A DNA stretch of 64,000 nucleotides from Basidiobolus meristosporus CBS 931.73 (taxonomy: Eukaryota; Fungi; Basidiobolomycota), in contig MCFE01000342.1 of assembly GCA_002104905.1 (NCBI GenBank), positions 1 through 64,000 of the forward strand, written 5' to 3'. Made by a program: the position numbers and the translations under genes. Shown piece after piece: positions 47,122 to 56,349 of the stretch. Position 1 is the stretch's first letter. Each line of letters opens with the position of its first letter. A model generated the notes under the pieces. That model was not told the DNA's origin, did not search any database, and saw only the letters and a list, made by a program, of their open reading frames with translations.

Positions 47122-50100
47122 TGTGGTAGGGTAAACATACCTCCCACAGACAAGTTTATTCATATAGTCATTATGATATACTTATCCATATTTTATCTTA
47201 TCAGTATTATCCCATTCTTCTTTTGCCCATATTATCAGTATTATCCCCATATGATGTTTACCCTGATTAGTTATTAGCATTAGTTATCCCAGATGTTATT
47301 CAGCTTTGTGATCAGTAGATGTATCTATATAAGGCAAGTACCCGCGTCAGTACCCGTGACACATGACCTAGGTCTGTGTTACCATCTCTACCATTTCAAT
47401 ACCATATATGGTATTTCTATGTTGCACAGGTTTCAGACTACTGATTCCTGATTGGTTGAGAGTGCTGTGCCTTTTAGAACCTTCCAGGACATTCTTGGCA
47501 TATTTTTAGCTCATAGTGATGTCATCAAGAATTCCACTGATACCTAGAATCTTCTAGAACCTTGTCATTAGTAATCACTTGGCAATCAGGAAAAGTATTT
47601 AAGGGAAAGCAATCCCTCATCAATAAATCATCCCTTCTATCAGTAACACTTCTACCTTATTGATTAGCAGTTGATCACTGCACCTGCCTTCAACAGTACA
47701 TCTAAGACCTGCCATCAAGGAGCTTTTCAGGGTAGTGCACAAGACACACAGAGGCCTTTGGAGACACTTGGAGCACCTAGGGAGCTAAAGAAGCAGGAGC
47801 TTTTACCATAGTGACATATTGACAAAGACACCAGCAGTTTAGACACAGAGGTTATTGCACCCATCAGACACCTCACACACCTTGAGTTGTGTAGCTTCTC
47901 CCAGGAGTACCTCTACACCACCACATATTTGGCACCCAACGTGGGGGGTTTGACTGAACTGCCCCTAGAAGACTTAAGAAAGAACAAATTATCAAGACCA
48001 TGGATCTACCTTTACCAGGAATGCAAGGAACTCCTTTCTTTGATGGAACCAAAGTTAAAGCTTTCATCAAGAGGTGGGAGCTTTTCTGCAGAGCCCACAA
48101 AATACCTGAGGCCATTATGGCTGAAGAGATGCCCCCCTACAGCACTGATGAGATCATGCTCTCATTATATGAAAGAAATGATCTGCTGACAAATTGGACC
48201 CTCTTGAAGAGCTACTTGATTGATGAATATGGAGAGAGACAAGTTGACTACACACTTCAAGACTTGGAGAACTTTGCTTATAGCAAGTTTAAGCTGCTAC
48301 CATTGAAAGAATACTTGAGTGGCCTTGAGCAAATTGGAGAGTCACTGAAAGCCCAAGGCATTATCACTGATCTGACTTTATCTGCCTATCTGCTCAGAGC
48401 ACTACCAGAAGGCCTGGTGAGAAGGATTGAAAACAATCCTACTGTGAAAGCTATGAGTTCACTGCCTGCATTTCAGTTAGCTAAGCAGATTCTACTTGCC
48501 CCTGAAGAAACCTCACCCATCAGAAAGCTTCTTTCAAGCCCAGAACAAAACCAAGATAGCCAAGACATACTTAATCCCAGCAATCAAAGCACTCAAATTC
48601 AGGAGCTGACACAGCAACTAGAGAAACTCTCTTTGCTACTTGCCAGCAAAGCATATGGTCAGGAGCCAGTAGAGAAAGAAGTCAAATATACATGCATGTG
48701 GTGTGACTCTGCCAACCATTCCAAGAGAAATTGCCAAGAGCTTCAGTCATTACTATCCACAGGTGATGTCCTATATAATCCTCAGGGATACATAGTCAGT
48801 AAGCATGGTGACAAATTATCCACAGCATTTGGACAAGGAGGAATGAGAGTTCACTACAAGCAAGTCACCTCTCATACAAGAAAGGTTCACCTCCATGAAG
48901 AAGAAGATCCTGACTACTTTGATCCAGCTGAAGTTCTGAACTTTGACTATGAGGACCCCAGAGAGGCCCAAGATCATATAGCTTCAATTTATGCTTCAAA
49001 GAGACACCATCCTGAAAAAATGGCTAATCTAGGCCCAGCAACAAAAGTACCAAGATGTGAGCCAGAAGTTGTGATTGAGAAGAAAGCATCACCCCCATTA
49101 ATTCTACAAGAGTCTGCCAAGACCAACAACTACCACATGCAGCCTAAAGTCAAGCAAAATGGTACCCCAGAGGCTCTGACAAGTCATATACTAGGAAGCA
49201 ACATATCAATCAAGGTTGGAGAGCTACTCAGTGTATCACCATCTGTAAGAAAGACTCTGGATGAGCATATCAGAATAAGAAAGCATCCAATTGAAGCAAC
49301 TCAAGGCAACCAGGTCAGGACAGTTCAAGGAAGCCAAGATATCAGTAAGCTGCATCAAAGCCAGAAACACTACTACTCAGAGGCAACTGCAACAACTACA
49401 GGAACTGTGCATAATCAAGAAATCCTATGTCATATAGACAGTGGATCTGAGATATGTGTGATGCCTTTGGAGGCTTGGAAACAACTACCATGCAAAGACC
49501 TATTGCCCATAGACACCAATATCAATTGGAGCATGAAGGATGCCAACTCAGGGCAATCAAAGCTTTTAGGAATTATTCACAGCTTCCCTCTCATCATTGA
49601 AGGAATACCCCATGAGATCCCAGTATTCATTTGTGCAAAGGCTAACTTTGAATTACTTCTTGGAAGACCATGGGAGGTAAAAGCAAGAGCAACTGCAGTG
49701 AACTACCCAGATGGTTCAGCATGGTATACTATATACTCAGAGAGCCCAGGACTAACAGCAACCTTCTGTGGTGTGGACTCAAACAATATCCGATCAATGA
49801 CATCATGTAGATTTCTATCTCAAGAAAGGACAGGTGGCTTCATTGAGGAAGACTGAGAGAGCACTTTGTTCTCCAAACTTACAGTGGTTAGCTAAAAAGT
49901 TCCCTGAAACTTTTTAGCTCAAGTGGGGGGTGGATGTGGTAGGGTAAACATACCTCCCACAGACAAGTTTATTCATATAGTCATTATGATATACTTATCC
50001 ATATTTTATCTTATCAGTATTATCCCATTCTTCTTTTGCCCATATTATCAGTATTATCCCCATATGATGTTTACCCTGATTAGTTATTAGCATTAGTTAT

Positions 50101-50738
50101 CCCAGATGTTATTCAGCTTTGTGATCAGTAGATGTATCTATATAAGGCAAGTACCCGCGTCAGTACCCGTGACACATGACCTAGGTCTGTGTTACCATCT
50201 CTACCATTTCAATACCATATATGGTATTTCTATGTTGCACAGGTTTCAGACTACTGATTCCTGATTGGTTGAGAGTGCTGTGCCTTTTAGAACCTTCCAG
50301 GACATTCTTGGCATATTTTTAGCTCATAGTGATGTCATCAAGAATTCCACTGATACCTAGAATCTTCTAGAACCTTGTCATTAGTAATCACTTGGCAATC
50401 AGGAAAAGTATTTAAGGGAAAGCAATCCCTCATCAATAAATCATCCCTTCTATCAGTAACACTTCTACCTTATTGATTAGCAGTTGATCACTGCACCTGC
50501 CTTCAACAGTACATCTAAGACCTGCCATCAAGGAGCTTTTCAGGGTAGTGCACAAGACACACAGAGGCCTTTGGAGACACTTGGAGCACCTAGGGAGCTA
50601 AAGAAGCAGGAGCTTTTACCATAGTGACATATTGACAAAGACACCAGCAGTTTAGACACAGAGGTTATTGCACCCATCAGACACCTCACACACCTTGAGT
50701 TGTGTAGCTTCTCCCAGGAGTACCTCTACACCACCACA
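47122..50738 (+). mobile_element. Non-autonomous Gag-protease-only LTR retroelement (family X), 3,617 bp; LTRs 47122-47925 and 49935-50738; TSD CCGC
   Basis: 804-bp TG..CA LTRs, identical by eye; PBS 47930-47947; PPT AAGTGGGGGGTGGA at 49921-49934; CCGC at 47118-47121 and 50739-50742. Confidence 0.96.
48000..49856 (+). CDS. Gag-protease polyprotein (618 aa); no RT, RNase H or integrase
   Basis: Zinc knuckle CMWCDSANHSKRNC; DUF4100-like segment (ILGSNISIKVGELLSVSPSVRK); aspartic protease IDSGSEIC..LLLGRPW. Confidence 0.9.
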   Translation: MDLPLPGMQGTPFFDGTKVKAFIKRWELFCRAHKIPEAIMAEEMPPYSTDEIMLSLYERNDLLTNWTLLKSYLIDEYGERQVDYTLQDLENFAYSKFKLLPLKEYLSGLEQIGESLKAQGIITDLTLSAYLLRALPEGLVRRIENNPTVKAMSSLPAFQLAKQILLAPEETSPIRKLLSSPEQNQDSQDILNPSNQSTQIQELTQQLEKLSLLLASKAYGQEPVEKEVKYTCMWCDSANHSKRNCQELQSLLSTGDVLYNPQGYIVSKHGDKLSTAFGQGGMRVHYKQVTSHTRKVHLHEEEDPDYFDPAEVLNFDYEDPREAQDHIASIYASKRHHPEKMANLGPATKVPRCEPEVVIEKKASPPLILQESAKTNNYHMQPKVKQNGTPEALTSHILGSNISIKVGELLSVSPSVRKTLDEHIRIRKHPIEATQGNQVRTVQGSQDISKLHQSQKHYYSEATATTTGTVHNQEILCHIDSGSEICVMPLEAWKQLPCKDLLPIDTNINWSMKDANSGQSKLLGIIHSFPLIIEGIPHEIPVFICAKANFELLLGRPWEVKARATAVNYPDGSAWYTIYSESPGLTATFCGVDSNNIRSMTSCRFLSQERTGGFIEED

Positions 50739-53700
50739 CCGCGCGGGAACAATTTTGCGCGCAATTTGCACAGTACAGGCCGGACGCGTCCGTTCGTGCC
50801 TCAACTTTGGGAACTAAAGAGATTTTGAATGAGTTTTTGCCTCAAATGACTAATGTACTACGTGATATATTAGTAGAGCTAAGTGGCTTCCGAGAGCAAT
50901 ATACACAGGACTCATCCAGGCAACAGCTCCAAAGTATCAGACAGAGGGTAAGTGAATACCTTGAGGAATCAGATGGAGCTTCAGGAGGAAGAATACAGAC
51001 CGTGAGCAACATCGTCCAGATTGCACCAGCACGCCTTGCTGGATTCCCTACCATCTCTTGCAACCACAGCGCACCGGCGCACGTCAGTCCAGACCACGCC
51101 AACACCCTTTACCAGAACGCCCCGCGTCAAGTCAACGCGCGCGCTTCAGAGCAAAACTACCAGAACTCGCCAAACTGCTCATTTAGACACAAGTCCATTG
51201 GAGCGGACCGAGTTGTGTCAACATGCGGCATCACATCAAACTCAGCCAAGGGCCATCTCAACACGTCTAGGCACGCCTGCGCGTGCAGTTTTGCCTGACC
51301 ATCAGCGAGTTACTTCTGGTGAACTGACTGATGATGACCAACATGAAGTGACTCAACCACCGGAGCCCTTGGCAAGTAAAAGAACGCGTCAGCGTGTGGC
51401 ACTACAGGCCGGTACAGTTGGTTCAGTTGGTTCAGTCGGAGCAATTCAGCGCGGCCAAGCTGCAGCATTGCACTCATCAACTAGGAGGCAAAATACTGAC
51501 TACAAATACACAAGTAGCCAAGATGATAGTCAGCCAGGAAGTAGTATAGGTGTGCAAAGTGAGTCACTACCAAATGCTTCAGTAGTAATCCCTGTGAGAA
51601 AAAAACCTAGGAGAAGATGATGCGATCGCTTTGAATCGCTCACATTTGTAATGATCCCGACAACCCTTTTTTTTTGCGATCCAAATTGAGCCATTGCAAA
51701 TCAGTGATCATCAAATTTTTGATATAAGTAATATCAAGGTTGTCTCACATTTGAGACAGAACCCCTATAAATAAACATCCTGCATATATATACGTCATCT
51801 GTAATACCAGTGCAGCTATTGGATCTTTTTTGCACCTACACGATTGCTTGCGTGCTAGCTATGACACCTTGCCCAATCACTAGGATCAGGGATTTACTTG
51901 CTCAATGGGCAAAATGGGATATTTGATGGCAAATCAGGTAGCTTTTTCAGTAGTCAATGAGCCAATTGGGGGCTGCCAGCTTCAGGATACTTTTGGACCA
52001 ATTAACCACTAAGATACCGTCCAATTGGAGTGAGGGTAACCAAAATGGTAAGTATCAGTGTAGTTTATAGTGTGATACACATTTATTTCCATTTACATTA
52101 AAGAAACATATCCAAATACCGGATTTTACCTGCCATTATAGCGGTATCTGATCGCGCACATGATGCAAGCATTACGAGTTGGCGCGATCATCCGCGCCAA
52201 CCTCATCGTGTCAGACTGTGCCATAGTGTGCAAGATTGTCCCGCATAGTGCAAAATTGTCCAAGAACAATCCTGCCTTCTGGTAGCTATAATATCGCGCC
52301 CGATTGTTCTTTGCAACCGCAGATCGCGCCGCACACCCTGGCACGGTACAATGGAACAAGTCTAATAACCTCTGTGTCCAAACTGCTGGTGTCTTTGTCA
52401 ATATGTCACTATGGTAAAAGCTCCTGCTTCTCTAGCTTCCTAGGTGCTCCAAGTGTCTCCAAAGGCCTCTGTTTGTCTTGTGCACTACCCTGAAAAGCTC
52501 CTTGATGGCAGGTCTGAGATGTACTGTTGAAGACAGGTGCAGTGATCAACTGCTAATCAATAAGGGAGAAGTGTTACTGATAGAAGGGATGATTTATTGA
52601 TGAGGGATTGCCTTCCCTTAAATACTTTTCCTGATTGCCAAGTGATTACTAATGACAAGGCTCTAGAATATTCTAGGCATCAGTGGATATTCTTGATGAC
52701 ATCACTATGAGCTAAAATATGCCAAGAATGTCCTGGAAGGTTCTAAAAGGCACAGCACATCCAACCAATCAGGAATCAGTAGTCTGAGACCTGTGCAACA
52801 TAGAAATACCATATATGGTATTGAAATATTAGGGATGGTAACACAGAACTAGGTCATGTGTCACAGGTACTGACGCGGGTACCTGTCTTATGTAGATTCA
52901 TATACTGATCACAAAGCTGAATAACATCTGGGATAACTAATGCTAATAACTAATCAGGGTAAACATCATATGGGGATAATACTGATAATATGGGCAAAAG
53001 AAGAATGGGATAATACTGATAAGATAAAATATGGATAAGTATATCTTAATGACTATATGAATAAACTTGTCTGTGGGAGGTATGTTAACCCTACCACAGC
53101 ATTCTTGAGTATTATAGTCATGACCCTCTGGAACTTGCTGGTCAGTGTCTTTAGGCCAAAGGGAGCTCCCTGAAGCATCCATTGCATATTATTAAAAGTA
53201 AAGGCAGCCTTATGCTGATGATCAGGATGGATCTGGAATTGGTGATACGCATCCTTCCAGTCCAATTTGGTAAGTACTTTTGCACCTGATAGTGAGGAAA
53301 ATATATCCTGGATTCTTGGAATTTGAAATTTATCATCTTGGAGAAGCTTGTTCAGAGGTCTAGGGTCCAAACAGGGTCTCTTCAGAGTAAGATTTCCATC
53401 AGCATCTTTCTTAGGTGCAAGTGCAAAGGGCTGTTAAATGTTGTGTTGACAGGGGCTTGAGTGATAATTCCATTGTCAGCCCACTTTTGGACTATTTCAT
53501 CAACCAAGTGTTGACAAGAATGCGGAATTTGGTATTGCCTCCTCCATGTTGACTCACCAGGTGGGGCTTCTATTGTAACAATGGATTCTGGAGTAGTGCA
53601 GAAACAATTCCTGGGAATGGCTTGGTTTCTTTCTATGGCCAGCTGAATTTCCAATTTGATTGATTGAGAATACGCTTGAAAAGCTGGGGTTGACTCCTCT

Positions 53701-54321
53701 GCTTCCAGATGGGGAGAGTTAATCTGTGGAATGTGATTCATTCTGGGTGTCTGAGACTTTGTGATTCCAGGATATAAAACTGGTAGTCCACCTATGTGAA
53801 AGACAAGTTTGGTAAAGGTGTCTAGACCAATGACTACCTGAGGTCCATCTGGAATGTCAATAAATTCCATCTGATGGATTTTAGTTAATGAACCACAGTG
53901 TATGCTGATTGGGTTGGTGATACCAATTCTTGGGGCTGAGAGGTCCTCAGCCACAAGCATGATTTTTCCTGATTGCTTTTCCATTGCCAATCTGAGTTCT
54001 TTGACCATATTAGGTGATACAATAGAGTTGGATGATCCAGTATCCAGTAGTGCTAGATATGATTAGCCATTGAGTTTGAGTAGCACCTCTATAGCTTTTA
54101 GCTGCGCAATTGGTTGCTACTTTTCTTGAACAGTTGCAATTTTAGCCGGAATTTCAAAGAGGTTGTGATAATCTTGAACTGTAAGTTTTTCATATGCTTC
54201 CTCATACCCAGTCATATCATTAGTTGAATGATCAGCTAGAATCTGAGCAAATTTTGCCAATGGCGTAGAGTTCTTCTCAGGATAGGCAGGTGATCTATGT
54301 CCCATCTTTCTGCAACCTGTA

Positions 54322-56343
54322 GCTGAACACACTGGGATATGGAAGTCTATTGGAGCTACTAAACCTAGTACTCCAAGCTTGCTCTAAGTCATTCATACCC
54401 TCTGCAAGGTGGTTCTCCATTGCTGTCAGCTGCAAATGAAGCTTCTAGGACTTTTGTTGCCATGGATGGTGGGATGAAGCCTTGTAGGGCAATAGTTCTT
54501 GTAATAGCAGAGAAGCTTAACAAGGGATCTCCTTGAGGAGATTGGGGTAGATGGACCACAGTACTTGGTATAGATCTCCTCTAGTGTCTGAACAGGAAAT
54601 CCAGTGGTAGTGATTTGATTAATGAGAACAGACAATTTAGATGAGTAAGTCATTTTGAATTGGAAAGGATTGGGCTGAGTTTCTTTGATTCAATTTAGCA
54701 CAATCAGCTTTATTTATTTAATTTTCCATGCATTATGATTGAATCTCCATCAATTGCCATGTTTCCCATCATTATGTTGCAAAAATCATCCTCAAACAAT
54801 GACTTAGTATTTTTATTGATGTTTTACTCACAGGTCTATAATCAAATAGGAAATCTGCAATTGATGTGATTTGATCCGTGTCAATGCAATCCAAGATGCA
54901 TCATGCATAATATATGGAAAATTCAACAATCACATTAGTTTTCATATATATTTCATAAAAGACCAGGTTGATGCCAATACACCACTGTATAAGTATTCAA
55001 ATCCATCACTATGGTCACTATACCAAGTCTCAACTCAGCTTTAGTTCAGCCCAGACAAAACCCATCCCCCAGCTCACAAGCACAGTCTGGACCGGAAAGG
55101 CAATGTTGTATCCATTTGAGTTCTTGCCAAATGATTTTAGTATGGCCCAAACGTCTACAATGAGCATTCATACAGATATTTGGGCACTACACATTAATCT
55201 AGCGGAACTAGATACCTAGGAGAGTCAACAGAGATGAAAGAATCTGAGTAGAAAGCTGTGGCATGAGTTCTACATCAAGATGTCAGTGATGCATATAAGA
55301 AGATATATAATAGAACAAGTATTCAAGTCAAGAATGAGCTGAGAGTGAGGGGACTTGATGAGGAAGCCATGCAGGAACAATTTTGCGCGCAATTTGTACA
55401 GTATGGGCTGGACATGTCTGTTTGTGCCTTGACTTTGGGAACCTAAGAGATTTTGAATGAGTTTTTGCCTCAAATGACTTATGTATTATGTGATATATTA
55501 GTAGAACTAAGTGGCTTCTGCAAGCAATATACACAGCACTCATACAGGCAACAGTTGCAAAGTATTAGACGGAGGGTAAGTAAATACCTTGAGGAATCAA
55601 ATGGTGGCTTCAAGAGGAGGAATACAGACTGCAAGCAACATTCTCTAGATAGCACCAGCATGCCTTGCTTGATTCCTTACAATCCCTTGCAACTTCAGTG
55701 TGCCAGCGCATGTTAGTCCACACTATGCCAAGACCCTTCACAATAGCACCTTAAACACCCTGCATATGTATACATCATCTGTGGCACCAGTGCAGCCATT
55801 GGATTTGATTTGCACCCAAACAAATGGTAGCATGATAGCATTGACACCTTGTCCAATCACTAGGATCAAGGATTTACTTGCTAAATGGGCAAAATGGGAT
55901 ATTTGATGGCAAATCAGGTAGCTTGTGTATTGGTCAAAGAGCCAATTGGGGGCTGAAGGCTCCAGGATACTTTTGGACCAATTAACCACTGAGATACCAT
56001 CCAATTGGAGTGATAGTAACCAAAATGGTAAGTATCAGTGTATTTTGTAGTGTGATAAGCATTTATTTCCATTTCCATTAAAGAAACATATCCAAATACC
56101 AGATTTTACCTACCATAATAGCGGTATCCAATTGCACATGTGATGTAAACATTACAAGTGGGCACAATTGTTTGTGCCAACCTCATTGTGTCAGATTGTG
56201 TCATAATGTGCAAGATTGTCCCACATGGTGCAAAATTGTCCAAGAGCAATTCTGCCTACTAGTAGCTACAATATTACACCCAATTGTTCTTAGAGACTGT
56301 GGATTATGCCACATCCCCTGGCATGGTACAATGGAACAAGTCT
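54322..56343. mobile_element. Degraded PHIS copy 2: 5' third of the transposase, decayed ORF2, internal deletion, right TIR
   Basis: Aligns with ~46,070-47,120, ~50,743-51,100 and ~51,770-52,363; ends GGAACAAGTCT followed by AAT; left end missing. Confidence 0.9.
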
Positions 56344-56349
56344 AATATA

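Larger units (their letters stand above)
46853..51620 (+). pseudogene. PHIS ORF2, MADF/Myb-SANT-like DNA-binding partner, interrupted by the family-X element
   Basis: Removing 47122-50742 restores ...GFDKEA|AREQFCAQ in frame; IWALL..ESRQRWKNLSRK resembles the MADF W..WKNL helix; a putative intron at 50948-51029 would give 354 aa ending RKKPRRR. Confidence 0.75.
45333..52363. mobile_element. PIF/Harbinger-like (PHIS) DNA transposon, 3,410 bp native length, TIR AGACTTGTTCC, TSD AAT
   Basis: TIRs at 45333-45343 and 52353-52363 (imperfect match extends to ~24 bp); AAT at 45330-45332 and 52364-52366; two divergent ORFs. Confidence 0.93.
45261..53098 (-). mobile_element. Solo LTR of family X, split into 45261-45332 and 52364-53098 by the PHIS insertion
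   Basis: The two pieces join into a ~800-bp reverse complement of LTR 47122-47925; flanks GTGT and GCAT are consistent with an original GCGT TSD. Confidence 0.92.
41411..54325 (-). mobile_element. Host Ty3/Gypsy element (gag knuckle, PR, RT, RNase H, IN) split by later insertions
   Basis: Knuckle CRKMGHRS (~54,300); protease LLDTGSS (~54,050); RT LDWKDAYHQ..PFGLK (53370-53099) resuming as LKN|APYALVFVDD (45260); RNase H DASNVGLGAVL; IN IAIDLAGP..DNGKEF..NGLAERH (42284-41411). Confidence 0.88.

Noticed and set aside
51860-52120. Third ORF in the conserved PHIS right subterminal region
   Set aside because: Stops occur in the candidate frames in most copies; cis-element conservation is a sufficient explanation.
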